Shown: positions 1 through 9,908, counted from the first letter of the stretch. The stretch: 64,000 nt of DNA from Faecousia sp. (GCA_045125955.1 JBGVNV010000106.1:667-64666), one strand, 5' to 3'. Notes: generated by a model not told the origin, from the sequence alone. Made by a program: numbers and translations.

Positions 1-709
1 TACCTCCCAAATGGCGGATGACGGACTTGGCGATGAGGGCCCCGGCGGCATCGGGCTTGTATTTTCCGGGCAGTCCGTGGGCGATGACCACATCCGCGCC
101 GGGGAGCCAGACTCCGGTGGCCAGCTCCAGCTTCAGGCAGTCCGAGCGGGCGGTCCGGAGCTCCTCCTCGCTGAGCACCGCCGCCGGGATGGTGTTGACG
201 ATGCACTGATACCGCCCCAGGCTCCGGGTCAGCTCCCGGCGGTCCGCGTGGCGGTAGCCCAGGCAGGACAGCATGGCCCGGTCCGTATCCTTCCGGGCGT
301 AGACGGTGACATTGGCGTTCAGGTGGTGGAGCTGGTGGGTCAGGCATTTGCCGATGCGGCCCCAGCCCAGGATCAGGATGTTGGCCCGGGTGATCTCACA
401 GCGAAGCTCCTTTAAGATCAGCCCCAGGGCACTCTCGGCGGTGATGGCGGCGTTGGCGCAGAGGTAATGGGGGTCCTTCAGCAGGTCGATGCGCTCCACA
501 CATTCGTTGAGAAAATCCAGATTCCCGCCGATGATGGTCTGGTTGGCGGTGCATTCGCCCAGCATGTCGAGCTTCGTTGGCGCGCTGTACAGAAGATATT
601 CGGCATCGGCGGCGGTGTCCGTGATGATGGCACCCTGCCGCCGCAGGTGCCGGGCCGCAGATTCCAGTGCGGCGGTAGGCATCGGGATGTACATGGTGGG
701 TCCTTTCAT
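1..709 (-). CDS. dpaA: dipicolinate synthase subunit A (DpaA/SpoVFA); 3' end lies outside the window
   Basis: Absent from the ORF track because it runs off the left edge. Reverse translation from ATG 707-709 (GGAGG 5 nt upstream) gives MKGPTMYIPMP...ILILGWGRIGK...VNTIPAAVL...AHGLPGKYKPDAAG. The Rossmann GxGxxG and the C-terminal GLPG..P..AG layout are typical of DpaA. Confidence 0.75.
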   Translation of the reverse strand, partial: MKGPTMYIPMPTAALESAARHLRRQGAIITDTAADAEYLLYSAPTKLDMLGECTANQTIIGGNLDFLNECVERIDLLKDPHYLCANAAITAESALGLILKELRCEITRANILILGWGRIGKCLTHQLHHLNANVTVYARKDTDRAMLSCLGYRHADRRELTRSLGRYQCIVNTIPAAVLSEEELRTARSDCLKLELATGVWLPGADVVIAHGLPGKYKPDAAGALIAKSVIRHLGG

Positions 710-829
710 GGGATTCCTCCTTCCATGCCCCAAAATATGCTGGAAGCTTTCGACAGGTGCGGACTTGATTTTTTCTTTCGTATCGGTATAATAGGAAGAA
801 AAGACGACCATACGCGAGAGGAGATTAAT

Positions 830-1372
830 ATGCAGAGACTTGGATTTATTCACGATATGCTGGATGTGAAGGTGCTGATCCTGTTTGTGACTTCGCGGGC
901 CAATTACCCCATGACCCTGCAGGAGATCTATGAGACCTGTTATGTGGACGACTGCCTGAGCTATTTCGATGTCTGCACCGCCATCCCGGAGATGGTGGAG
1001 AGCGGTCATCTGAAGCTGGTGGAGGAGGAGAAGTACATCATCACCGAGCGGGGCCGGGAGGACGGCATCACAACTGCCGATTCCATTGCCTTTACCGTGC
1101 GCCAGAAGGCCGAGAAGCTCATCAACCGCTTCAACCGTCAGCTCAAGCGGTCCAGCTTCGTCAAGACCCAGATCATCCCCCGTGAGGGCGGCGAGTATTC
1201 TGTCATCATGACATTGGACGACGAGGTAAGCAACCTGATGACCCTGGAGCTGGTGGCTCCCGACCAGCGGCAGGCGGTGCGTCTGGCCAAGCTCTTCGAG
1301 AAGAAGGCGGAGCAGGTCTACAATCTGACCATGACCGAGCTCCTGTCCGCCGAGGATGAGCTGGAGGATTAA
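830..1372 (+). CDS. DUF4364-family protein
   Basis: Internal ATG of ORF 467..1372; the upstream extension overlaps the dpaA start region. MQRLGFIHDMLDVKVLILF...YIITERGRE resembles DUF4364 proteins common in sporulating Clostridia. Confidence 0.7.
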   Translation: MQRLGFIHDMLDVKVLILFVTSRANYPMTLQEIYETCYVDDCLSYFDVCTAIPEMVESGHLKLVEEEKYIITERGREDGITTADSIAFTVRQKAEKLINRFNRQLKRSSFVKTQIIPREGGEYSVIMTLDDEVSNLMTLELVAPDQRQAVRLAKLFEKKAEQVYNLTMTELLSAEDELED

Positions 1373-1392
1373 GTGATATAAATGGAATATTA

Positions 1393-1424
1393 TGGACCTT
1401 TTCTGCGGAGAAGGTCCATTTTTT
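1393..1424 (+). terminator. intrinsic terminator after the DUF4364 gene
   Basis: tggacctt-N10-aaggtcca stem followed by TTTTTT. Confidence 0.6.
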
Positions 1425-1520
1425 ATGCGCTGATGTGGAAACTTGCGGTTGATCGCGGGGGTGTTGCGACAGCTTTTCCGGCTCTGGGGTGCTATACTCT
1501 GTGCCACGGAGGTGAGGGGT

Positions 1521-2267
1521 GTGGTCATTTATCTCGATGCCTTCATGGGGCTGAATTTTCTGGTGGACCTGTGTCTGCTGCTGGGGGTGAACCGGCTTTC
1601 GGGGCATCCGCCGGGATTTCCCAGGGCGGCTGCGGCCGCGGCTCTGGGGGGCGGGTATGCCGGGATGTGTCTGGTTCCGGGGTTTTCCTTTTTGGGAAAT
1701 GGGTTCTGGCGGGGCGTGAGCCTGGGGCTCATGGGCTGGACGGCCTATGGGGCTGATCGGAGCGGCTGGCGCAGGAGCGTGCTCTTTGTGCTGCTGAGCA
1801 TGGCTCTGGGCGGCATCGCGGTGTGTTTTCACGCCGGGGGCGGGGGACTGGCCCTCTGTGCGGCGGTGCTGGGCCTGCTGGGGCGGATGGGGCTCAGGAG
1901 CTTCGGCAGGGAGCTGGTGGCGGTGACGGTTACATACCGGGGCCGGACGGAGCGGGTCATGGCCCTGGTGGACACGGGCAACAGCCTCCGGGACCCCATC
2001 ACCGGGGAGTGTGTCACGGTGCTCAGTCCCCGGATCGGGGAGCGGCTGGGGCTTCCGGCGGCGGTGTTGCGGGACCCGGCAGGGGAGCTGCTGCCGGGGA
2101 TGCGGGTGATTCCCGCCCGGACCGTGGGCGGCGGGGGGTTGCTGACGGCGGTCCGGTGTGAGTGCGTCACCATCGGCGGACGGGCGGCGGGGACATTGGT
2201 GGCCTTCGCCCGGGAAAATTTTGGGAATGGGGAATATCAGGCGTTGACGGGGGGAAGCTATGGGTAA
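1521..2267 (+). CDS. spoIIGA: sigma-E processing peptidase SpoIIGA
   Basis: Multi-TM N-terminus and the aspartic protease motif [16 protein letters not shown] 1521 is preceded by GGAGGTGAGGGG (the ORF track starts at 1443). Lies directly upstream of sigE. Confidence 0.85.
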   Translation: MVIYLDAFMGLNFLVDLCLLLGVNRLSGHPPGFPRAAAAAALGGGYAGMCLVPGFSFLGNGFWRGVSLGLMGWTAYGADRSGWRRSVLFVLLSMALGGIAVCFHAGGGGLALCAAVLGLLGRMGLRSFGRELVAVTVTYRGRTERVMALVDTGNSLRDPITGECVTVLSPRIGERLGLPAAVLRDPAGELLPGMRVIPARTVGGGGLLTAVRCECVTIGGRAAGTLVAFARENFGNGEYQALTGGSYG

Positions 2268-2970
2268 GATCGTGGATTTTTTGATTTGGATCGGGATTCT
2301 GAACGCTGATGAGAGCGTTTTCTACATCGGCGGCAGCGATGTTCTGCCGCCGCCCCTGAAGGGGGCCGACGAACAGGAGGCTCTGGAGGGGCTGGAGCGT
2401 GGGGACGAGGGCCAGAAGCAGCGGCTCATCGAGCACAATCTGCGGCTGGTGGTCTACATTGCCCGTCGGTTTGAAAATACCGGCGTAAATCTGGAGGATC
2501 TCATCTCCATCGGCACCATCGGTCTCATCAAGGCCATCGGCACCTACCGCCGGGACAAAAATATCCGGCTGGCTACCTACGCCAGCCGGTGTATTGAAAA
2601 TGAAATTCTCATGCACATCCGGAAAATTGCCAACCAGAAGGCGGAGGTGAGCCTGGAGGAGCCCATCAACATGGACGGCGAGGGCAACGAGCTGCTCCTC
2701 AGCGACATTCTTGGCACCGACGAGGATGTGGTCTTCCGGGGGCTGGAGGAGGATGTGGACATCCTCTGCCTGCGGCAGGCCCTGTCCCGGCTCCCGGCCC
2801 GGGAGAAGGAGATCGTCACCATGCGCTACGGTCTGGAGGGGAGAAAGGAGCTGACCCAGAAGGAGGTGGCCCAGCACATGGGCATCTCCCAGAGCTACAT
2901 CTCCCGGCTGGAGAAACGCATCATGCTGCGGCTAAGAAAAGAATTGAACAGATTAACCGGTTGCGCATAG
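2260..2970 (+). CDS. sigE: RNA polymerase sporulation sigma factor SigE (pro-sigma-E)
   Basis: Sigma-70 regions 2-4 ([40 protein letters not shown]) with a pro-sequence. Overlaps spoIIGA by 8 nt. Confidence 0.9.
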   Translation: MGKIVDFLIWIGILNADESVFYIGGSDVLPPPLKGADEQEALEGLERGDEGQKQRLIEHNLRLVVYIARRFENTGVNLEDLISIGTIGLIKAIGTYRRDKNIRLATYASRCIENEILMHIRKIANQKAEVSLEEPINMDGEGNELLLSDILGTDEDVVFRGLEEDVDILCLRQALSRLPAREKEIVTMRYGLEGRKELTQKEVAQHMGISQSYISRLEKRIMLRLRKELNRLTGCA

Positions 2971-2980
2971 AACACAAGTC

Positions 2981-3009
2981 TTGCATTTTTCGATTCCGTA
3001 TGTTATAAT
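2981..3009 (+). promoter_or_regulatory. sigma-A-type promoter upstream of rex
   Basis: TTGCAT (2981-2986), 17-nt spacer, TATAAT (3004-3009). Confidence 0.5.
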
Positions 3010-3050
3010 CGATATAGAAATGTATCGATATACATGGAGGGGAAATTTTA

Positions 3051-3695
3051 ATGATCGAACGCAAAGAAATCTCCAAGTCGGTGCTGAAGCGGCTGCCCGG
3101 ATATCTGGCATACCTGAAAAATATGTCGGAGGATGCACCGTCGCACATCTCCGCCACAGCACTGGCCGCCGCCCTGGGAATGGGGGAGGTCCAGGTCCGC
3201 AAGGATCTGGCATTGGTTTCCGACGGCGGCAGACCCAAGATCGGCTACCTGCGCTCCGCTCTGGTGGAGGACATTGAGTCCTTCCTGGGCTACGACAACA
3301 CCACCGACGCCATCATCGTCGGCGCGGGCAAGCTGGGCTGTGCATTGCTGGGCTATGAGGGCTTTGCGGAATACGGTCTGAACATCGTGGCGGCCTTCGA
3401 CCGCACGCCCCATGTGGACGACTCCGGCAAGCCGATCTATCCCATGGACAAGCTTCAGAGCTTCTGCAAGCGCAACAAGATCCTCATGGGCATCATCACC
3501 GTGCCCGCCTCCTGTGCCCAGGAGGTGGCCGACATGATGATCGAGGGCGGCATCAAGGCCATCTGGAACTTCGCCGCCGTCCATCTGGACGCGCCGGATA
3601 ACATTCTGATCCAGAATCAGAACATGGCAACGAATCTTGCGGTGCTGAGCATGCATCTGCAGGCCCAGATGAAGCCGAAGAAGGACAAGGAATGA
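3051..3695 (+). CDS. rex: redox-sensing transcriptional repressor Rex
   Basis: N-terminal winged helix (SKSVLKRLPGYLAYL) plus an NAD(H)-binding Rossmann domain (IIVGAGKLG). Confidence 0.9.
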   Translation: MIERKEISKSVLKRLPGYLAYLKNMSEDAPSHISATALAAALGMGEVQVRKDLALVSDGGRPKIGYLRSALVEDIESFLGYDNTTDAIIVGAGKLGCALLGYEGFAEYGLNIVAAFDRTPHVDDSGKPIYPMDKLQSFCKRNKILMGIITVPASCAQEVADMMIEGGIKAIWNFAAVHLDAPDNILIQNQNMATNLAVLSMHLQAQMKPKKDKE

Positions 3696-3745
3696 ACGAT
3701 TCGGCACAGCGAAGGCTGTGCCGTTTCCGTTATTGGGGTTAAAAA

Positions 3746-4348
3746 ATGAAGAAAACGAATTTTTTCAAGGAACTGGCCGTTGTGACCCTTTCCACGGCAT
3801 TGATCGGCGCGGCTACCTGCTGCTATGTCCGGGCGGGCCTGGGCGGTGACAGTGTGGCGGTTTTTCTGGAGGGACTGAGCGTTGCGGGAGGCATTTCTCT
3901 GGGAACGGCCTCCTGGAGTCTCAACATCGTGCTGGTGACCCTGGCCGTTCTGATGGCCCGGAAGCACATCGGCTGGACCACGGTGTACAGCTGCATCCTG
4001 ACCGGCTCCTTTGTCGATCTGGCGGATGTCTTGCTGGAACCGGTCTTTTCTCTGAGTGGTGCGTTGTGGTACAGGTGGGGAATCTTCCTGGCGGGACTGC
4101 TCCTGCTGACCGCTGGCTGCGCACTGATGATCCGCTTTTGCCCCGGCATGAGTGTCATGGATGCCATCGTCACCCGGCTGGCGGAACGGCTCGGCGTCAG
4201 CTTCCGGGCGGTGCGCATGACCATCGATGCCGGGCTGATGGTGGCGGGGCTTCTGATGGGCGGCGTGGTGGGTATCGGCTCCGTGGTCGCCGTCCTCGGC
4301 ACCGGGCCGCTGATCCAGTACTTTGCTCAGTTTAGTAAAAAAAGTTAA
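3746..4348 (+). CDS. polytopic membrane protein (YczE/YitT-like)
   Basis: 200 aa with about 6 hydrophobic helices and codon usage typical of this window. The family assignment is tentative. Confidence 0.6.
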   Translation: MKKTNFFKELAVVTLSTALIGAATCCYVRAGLGGDSVAVFLEGLSVAGGISLGTASWSLNIVLVTLAVLMARKHIGWTTVYSCILTGSFVDLADVLLEPVFSLSGALWYRWGIFLAGLLLLTAGCALMIRFCPGMSVMDAIVTRLAERLGVSFRAVRMTIDAGLMVAGLLMGGVVGIGSVVAVLGTGPLIQYFAQFSKKS

Positions 4349-4352
4349 GAAA

Positions 4353-4384
4353 ATGCCCCCTGTTCCGGTTGGTACAGGGGGCAT
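4353..4384. terminator. bidirectional hairpin terminator between convergent genes
   Basis: atgccccctgt...tacagggggcat stem flanked by A- and T-rich runs. Confidence 0.6.
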
Positions 4385-4391
4385 GCTGATT

Positions 4392-6035
4392 TTACAGGGA
4401 GGCGATGATGGCCTTCACGCGCTCGCAGGTATGCTCGTAACCCAGGATGCGGGTGACGGTGTACAGGTCGGGGGAATTGGTCTTGCCGGTGATGGCCTGA
4501 CGCAGGAAGGTGGAGACATCGGCCACAGTGCCGGGGAAGGCGGTGGGGTCAGCCTTGTAGGCCTTCATGTCGGTGGTGAAGCCAATCTCCTCGGTGATGG
4601 CCTTGACCTTGTTGAACCAGACGGTGGCATCGTCAGCGGCATCGAAGGAAGCGAGGTACTTCTCCAGGACGGTCTTGATCAGGGAAGCGTCGAACTTCTC
4701 GTCGAAGACGGGCTTCTCCAGCAGCTCGTCGTAGAAGAAGCCCATGTAGGGCTTGGCCTCCTTCCAGGTGGCCAGATCCTTGCGGGGCTTCTTGCCGCCG
4801 CGGCCGATGGCGAGAATGGACTTGGCGTAGTCGGCATCAGCGGACAGCAGACGGGCGAAGTCAGCATCGAACTCCTCGGCCCACTCAAGGAGCAGGGTGT
4901 AGACGGTCTCGGCATCCATGCGGGAGATGACGTTCTTGGAAACGTCGACGAGCTTGGCGTAGTCGAAGAGGGAACCGGCGGGATTCAGCTTCTTGGGGCT
5001 GAACTTGAAGGTCTCGATGGCGGCATCGGGGTTGGCCTTGCGCCAGTCCTCGAAGTTGGAGTTCAGGACGGTCATCAGATACTCGCGCATGGCCTGAACG
5101 GGGAAGCCCTCGCCCTTGTAGTAGGTCAGGGCCAGCTCGGGGTCCTTGCGCTTACTGAGCTTGCGCTTGGAATTGCCGTCCATCTTCATCAGGGGTCCGA
5201 TGTGGACGTACTTGGGCAGCTTGAAGCCCAGAGCCTTAAAGAGCTGAATGTGGAAGGGGAGAGAAGGCAGCCACTCGTCGCCGCGGACCACGTGGGTGGT
5301 GTGCATCAGCTCATCGTCCACAGCGTGGGCGAAGTGGTAGGTGGGGATGCCGTCGGACTTCAGCAGAACATTGTCGATGTCGTTCTCGGTGATGGTCAGC
5401 TTGCCCTTGACCAGATCATCGAACTTGAACTGGTTGGCGATGGAGCCCTCGGAGCGGAAACGCAGGACCCAGGAGTTGCCGGCATCCAGCTGGGCCTTGA
5501 TGTCCTCGATGCTGCGGTCGCGCCAGATGGCGTACTTGCCGTAGTAGCCGAAGTTCTCCTTGGCGGCCTCCTGCTGCTCGCGCATGGCGGTCAGCTCCTC
5601 CTCGGTGCAGAAGCAGGGGTAGGCCTTGCCCTCGGAGACTAATCTTTTGGCGAAGACATGGTAGATGGAGGCGCGCTGACGCTGGCGATAGGGACCGTAT
5701 GCGCCGTTGTCGCCCTCGATGGTGGCACCCTCGTCAAAGTTGATGGAGTAGTGCTTCAGGGAGTTGATCAGGACCTCGACGGCACCGGGGACCTCGCGCT
5801 TGGCATCGGTGTCCTCGACACGCAGGAACAGCACACCACCCGACTGGTGGGCCATGCGCTCGGAGATCATGCCCTGGACCAGGTTGCCCAGGTGGACGAA
5901 GCCAGTGGGGGAGGGGGCCATACGGGTGACGACGGCACCCTCGGGGACCTCACGCTTGGGGAAGCGGGCGTGGACCTCCTCGCAGGTCTCGGTGACCTGG
6001 GGGAAGAGCAGCTCCGCAAGAACATTGTAATCCAT
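4392..6035 (-). CDS. gltX: glutamate--tRNA ligase
   Basis: HIGH-type motif PSPTGFVHLGN and KMSKS-type motif KLSKRK. Start moved to MDYNVL, which has GAGG 8 nt upstream. Confidence 0.9.
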   Translation of the reverse strand: MDYNVLAELLFPQVTETCEEVHARFPKREVPEGAVVTRMAPSPTGFVHLGNLVQGMISERMAHQSGGVLFLRVEDTDAKREVPGAVEVLINSLKHYSINFDEGATIEGDNGAYGPYRQRQRASIYHVFAKRLVSEGKAYPCFCTEEELTAMREQQEAAKENFGYYGKYAIWRDRSIEDIKAQLDAGNSWVLRFRSEGSIANQFKFDDLVKGKLTITENDIDNVLLKSDGIPTYHFAHAVDDELMHTTHVVRGDEWLPSLPFHIQLFKALGFKLPKYVHIGPLMKMDGNSKRKLSKRKDPELALTYYKGEGFPVQAMREYLMTVLNSNFEDWRKANPDAAIETFKFSPKKLNPAGSLFDYAKLVDVSKNVISRMDAETVYTLLLEWAEEFDADFARLLSADADYAKSILAIGRGGKKPRKDLATWKEAKPYMGFFYDELLEKPVFDEKFDASLIKTVLEKYLASFDAADDATVWFNKVKAITEEIGFTTDMKAYKADPTAFPGTVADVSTFLRQAITGKTNSPDLYTVTRILGYEHTCERVKAIIASL

Positions 6036-6068
6036 GGTAAATACCTCGGTTTCGTAATTTATCAATTT

Positions 6069-6097
6069 ACTATAACATTTTCGGAACGAATTGTCAA
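6069..6097 (-). promoter_or_regulatory. sigma-A-type promoter for gltX
   Basis: On the minus strand: TTGACA, 17 nt, TATAGT. Confidence 0.45.
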
Positions 6098-6132
6098 TTT
6101 CCTTGTTGGTTGAATCAAGAAGAATTGGCGTC

Positions 6133-6160
6133 AGTCGGGCGACCGAGGGTCGCCCCTACA
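6133..6160. repeat. solo REP-like GC hairpin (CTGTAGGGG-hairpin-GAC family)
   Basis: The reverse complement ctgtaggggcgaccctcggtcgcccgac shares its CTGTAGGG head and GC-hairpin architecture with the arms at 19726-19757 and 19945-19976. Confidence 0.5.
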
Positions 6161-6284
6161 GTGCAAATACGAAATCCATCGCATAATTTATAAATGTGAC
6201 TTGTTATTTTTTGGCGAATGTGTTAGAATACAGTGATAGTATTATCCACCCGTATATCCTGCGGGGGAAAAGAGGTTTTTACTT

Positions 6285-7301
6285 ATGGAAGAAATCAAGA
6301 TTCAGAAAAAGCGCATGCTTTCCGGCATCAAGCCCAGCGGCGATCTGACCCTGGGCTCCTACCTGGGCGCGGTGAAGAACTGGGCCGAGCGTGCCGACGA
6401 GTATGAGTGCTTCTATTTTATGGCCGACCTGCACGCCATCACCGTCCGTCAGGATCCCGCATCCCTGCGCCGCCGGACCCTGGAGCAGCTGGCCCAGTAC
6501 ATCGCCTGCGGCCTGGACCCTGAGAAGAACACCCTCTTCGTCCAGTCCCACATCCACCAGCATGCCGAGCTGGGCTGGGTCCTGGACTGCTACAGCCAGT
6601 TCGGTGAGCTCTCCCGCATGAGCCAGTTCAAGGACAAGTCCGCCAAGAACGCCGACAACATCAACGCAGGCCTGTTCACTTACCCCAGCCTGATGGCCGC
6701 CGACATCCTGCTGTACCAGCCCGATTTGGTTCCCGTTGGCGAGGACCAGAAGCAGCACGTGGAGCTGACCCACACCATCGCCCGCCGCTTCAACGGCATC
6801 TACGGCGATGTGTTCAAGATCCCCGAGCCCTTCATCCCCAAGGTCGGTGCCAGAGTCATGTCCCTGACCAACCCCACCGCCAAGATGTCCAAGTCCGAGA
6901 ACGAGGACACCGGCCGTGTCCTGCTGATGGATGATCCCGCTTTCATCATGAAGCAGTTCAAGCGGGCCATCACCGACTCCGACACCGAGAACTGCGTCCG
7001 CTACGACAAGGAGAACAAGCCCGGTGTCTCCAACCTGATGACCATCTATTCCGCCGTCACCGGCAAGAGCTTCGAGGAGATCGAGACCGAGTTCGCCGGC
7101 TGCGGCTACGGCAAGTTCAAGCCCGCCGTCGGTGAGGCTGTCGTTGAGACTCTGCGTCCCATCCGGGAGGAGACCCAGCGGCTGCTGAAGGATAAGGCCT
7201 ACCTGGAGTCCGTCTACCGCGACGGTGCCCAGAAGGCAAGCTATGTTGCAGAGAAGACCCTCCGTAAGGTTTACAAGAAGGTGGGCTTCCTGCCCCGATA
7301 A
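6285..7301 (+). CDS. trpS: tryptophan--tRNA ligase
   Basis: Class I motifs: GIKPSGDLTLGSYLG (HIGH-like) and KMSKS. Confidence 0.9.
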   Translation: MEEIKIQKKRMLSGIKPSGDLTLGSYLGAVKNWAERADEYECFYFMADLHAITVRQDPASLRRRTLEQLAQYIACGLDPEKNTLFVQSHIHQHAELGWVLDCYSQFGELSRMSQFKDKSAKNADNINAGLFTYPSLMAADILLYQPDLVPVGEDQKQHVELTHTIARRFNGIYGDVFKIPEPFIPKVGARVMSLTNPTAKMSKSENEDTGRVLLMDDPAFIMKQFKRAITDSDTENCVRYDKENKPGVSNLMTIYSAVTGKSFEEIETEFAGCGYGKFKPAVGEAVVETLRPIREETQRLLKDKAYLESVYRDGAQKASYVAEKTLRKVYKKVGFLPR

Positions 7302-7316
7302 TAAGGAGTAACCAAA

Positions 7317-8402
7317 ATGAACGTGTTGCTTTCGCTTCCGTTTTTGACCCGGATCCTGTTGGCTCTGGCTGTGGCGGCGGTGATCTCCTACCTCTCCACG
7401 CCCTTCGTCAAGAAGCTGGCCTTCAAGATCGGCGCAGTGGACGTCCCCAAGGACAACCGCCGGATGCACAAAAAGCCCATCCCCCGGCTGGGCGGCCTGG
7501 CCATCGTCATTGCGTTCCTGCTGTGCACCTTCCTGTTCGTGAAGCTGGAAAAGCAGATGCAGGGCATCCTCCTCGGTGCCATCATCATTCTGGTGGTGGG
7601 TGTGCTGGATGACTGTCTGGCCCTGCCCGCGCTGCCCAAGTTATTCGCCCAGATCGCCGCAGGCACCATCGTGGTGCTCCACGGCTGCGAGATCCGCTAT
7701 GTGACCAATCCCTTCTCCGTGGTGCCCTTTGACCTGGGCTGGATGGCGGGTCCCGTGACGGTCTTCTGGATTGTGCTGATGACCAACGCCGTCAACTTCA
7801 TCGACGGTCTGGACGGCCTGGCCGTTGGCGTCAGCGGCATCTCCACCGCCACCATGCTGGTCATCGCCCTGCTGCTGGGGGAGGAGAGTGTCGCCGTGGT
7901 GCTGGCGGCGCTGCTGGGTGCCTGCATCGGCTTCATCCCCTATAACTTCAACCCCGCCCAGATCTTCATGGGCGACACCGGCTCCACCTTCCTGGGCTTC
8001 GTGCTGGCCTCCATCTCCGTTCAGGGCCTGTTCAAGATGTACGCGGTGATCTCCTTCATGGTCCCGTTCCTGATCCTGGGTGTGCCCTTCTTCGATGTGA
8101 GCTTTGCGGTCATCCGCCGTCTGGCCAAGGGCCAGAACCCCATGACCGCCGACCGGGGCCACATCCACCACCGCCTCATCGACATGGGCCTGAGCCAGAA
8201 GCAGAGCGTTGCCATCGTGTATATGCTCACCGGCGTTCTGGGTCTGGCGGCTGTGCTGCTGGCCAACAACACCGGTACCAAGGCCTTCATCCTGTTCGCC
8301 GCAGTTTTTGTGGTGGCAGTGCTGGGCTTTGCCGTCATCTTCGGACCCCACCACAGACCTCACCAGAAGGAGGAGGATCACAAGGAGGAAAAACATGGAT
8401 AA
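7317..8402 (+). CDS. UDP-GlcNAc:undecaprenyl-phosphate GlcNAc-1-phosphate transferase (TagO/WecA-type, MraY family)
   Basis: Polytopic membrane protein with NAVNFIDGLDGLA and FMGDTGS motifs. Confidence 0.85.
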   Translation: MNVLLSLPFLTRILLALAVAAVISYLSTPFVKKLAFKIGAVDVPKDNRRMHKKPIPRLGGLAIVIAFLLCTFLFVKLEKQMQGILLGAIIILVVGVLDDCLALPALPKLFAQIAAGTIVVLHGCEIRYVTNPFSVVPFDLGWMAGPVTVFWIVLMTNAVNFIDGLDGLAVGVSGISTATMLVIALLLGEESVAVVLAALLGACIGFIPYNFNPAQIFMGDTGSTFLGFVLASISVQGLFKMYAVISFMVPFLILGVPFFDVSFAVIRRLAKGQNPMTADRGHIHHRLIDMGLSQKQSVAIVYMLTGVLGLAAVLLANNTGTKAFILFAAVFVVAVLGFAVIFGPHHRPHQKEEDHKEEKHG

Positions 8403-9540
8403 GATCAGAGTTCTTTCCGTCTTCGGCACCCGTCCTGAGGCCATCAAGATGGCCCCCCTGGTGCTGGAGCTTGCGAACCGACCCGAATTTGTCAGCATGT
8501 GCTGTCTGACCGGTCAGCACCGCCAGATGCTGGACTCCGTCATGGAGATCTTCGAGCTGAAGGCCGAGTATGACCTGAACATCATGGAAAAGCAGCAGAC
8601 CCTCTCCACCATCACCACCAAGACCATCCTGGGCATGGACCGTGTCCTGGAGGAGGCCAAGCCCGACCTGGTGCTGGTCCACGGCGATACCTCCACCACC
8701 TTCGCCGGTGCCCTGGCGGCCTTCTACCATAAGGTCACCGTGGGTCATGTGGAGGCCGGTCTTCGTACTTATGATATGTATTCCCCCTTCCCCGAGGAGA
8801 TGAACCGGACCCTGGTGGGCGATATCGCCCGTCTGCATTTCAGCCCTACGGTAGCCAACGCCGAGAATCTGCGCAAGGAAGCGGTCCAGGGTGAGATCTT
8901 CATCACCGGCAACACCGTCATCGATGCCATGCGCACCACCGTGCGGCCCGATTTCGTCTTTGCCAACCCCGCACTGAACGCCATGGACTTTGGCAATCGG
9001 GTCATCACCCTGACCTGCCACCGCCGGGAGAACTACGGCCAGCCCATGGAGGATATCATGTCCGCCGTCCGGACCATCGTGGAGAAGTATGAGGATGTGG
9101 AGGTCGTCTATCCCGTCCACCTGAGTCCCGTGGTCCAGGAGTGCGCCAGGCGCAATCTGGGCGACCTCAGCCGGGTCCACCTGATCGAGCCTCTGGATGT
9201 CAACGAGATGCATAACCTGATGGCCCGTTCCTACATGATCATGACCGACTCCGGCGGACTCCAGGAGGAGGCTCCCGCCATGGGCAAGCCCGTTCTGGTC
9301 CTGCGCAAGGAGACCGAGCGTCCCGAGGCCATCGCCGCCGGCACCGTCAAGCTGGCGGGCGTGGACAAGGAGGACATCATCCGCCTGGCCTCCGAGCTTC
9401 TGGAGGACGAAAATGTGTACCAGTCCATGGCCAAGGCTGTCAACCCCTACGGCGACGGCACCGCCTGCGCCCGGATCGCCGAGGCCATCAAGTGGCATTT
9501 CGGCTTCCGTCAGGATCGCCCCGAGGATTTTAACGTTTAA
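8395..9540 (+). CDS. wecB: UDP-N-acetylglucosamine 2-epimerase (non-hydrolysing)
   Basis: MDKIRVLSVFGTRPEAIKMAPL...HGDTSTT...HVEAGLRT. The internal ATG at 8395 follows AAGGAGG; overlaps the previous gene by 8 nt. Confidence 0.9.
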   Translation: MDKIRVLSVFGTRPEAIKMAPLVLELANRPEFVSMCCLTGQHRQMLDSVMEIFELKAEYDLNIMEKQQTLSTITTKTILGMDRVLEEAKPDLVLVHGDTSTTFAGALAAFYHKVTVGHVEAGLRTYDMYSPFPEEMNRTLVGDIARLHFSPTVANAENLRKEAVQGEIFITGNTVIDAMRTTVRPDFVFANPALNAMDFGNRVITLTCHRRENYGQPMEDIMSAVRTIVEKYEDVEVVYPVHLSPVVQECARRNLGDLSRVHLIEPLDVNEMHNLMARSYMIMTDSGGLQEEAPAMGKPVLVLRKETERPEAIAAGTVKLAGVDKEDIIRLASELLEDENVYQSMAKAVNPYGDGTACARIAEAIKWHFGFRQDRPEDFNV

Positions 9541-9545
9541 TACGC

Positions 9546-9578
9546 AAAAAGCGGCGGACGATGGTCTGCCGCTTTTTT
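9546..9578 (+). terminator. intrinsic terminator after wecB
   Basis: aaaaagcggc...gccgc stem followed by TTTTTT. Confidence 0.6.
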
Positions 9579-9653
9579 CAGAATTCTTAAGATTTTCAGC
9601 CCTTGCAATGGGGTGTTTTTTCCTGTATCATATCCTCAGAAGGAGGGATGCGT

Positions 9654-9908
9654 ATGTCCCGGAACAAGGAAGACAAGAAGCGCGGTGCCGTCACCAGCGC
9701 AGTCATCATCATTGTCGTGCTGGCAGTCTTTGTGGGATTCATTCTGTTTCCCCTCATCAGTGAGATGGGCGGCGTGTTCTTCGCCGTGATGCTCCTGATG
9801 CTGTACATCGGCGGGATCCTGGCCGTGATCTTTGGTATCCTTGCGGCTCTGAAGCAGCGGCTGGAGGAGATCGAGGGCGGCGAGGAAGAAGAAGCCAAAA
9901 AATATTAA
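9654..9908 (+). CDS. small two-TM membrane protein with an acidic tail
   Basis: MSRNKEDKKRG followed by two hydrophobic helices and EEIEGGEEEEAKKY. GGAGGG lies 6 nt upstream of ATG 9654. Confidence 0.5.
   Translation: MSRNKEDKKRGAVTSAVIIIVVLAVFVGFILFPLISEMGGVFFAVMLLMLYIGGILAVIFGILAALKQRLEEIEGGEEEEAKKY

Noticed and set aside
11-829. Plus-strand ORFs 11..415 and 18..209, and the 5' extension (467..829) of ORF 467..1372.
   Set aside because: They lie antisense to, or overlap, the dpaA coding sequence and its start region. The DUF4364 homology begins at the internal ATG at 830.
6036-6284. Possible T-box leaders for the divergent gltX and trpS genes.
   Set aside because: There is no T-box consensus (…GGTGGTACCGCG…) and no specifier/antiterminator architecture. 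Each leader is under 100 nt once the consensus promoters are placed.
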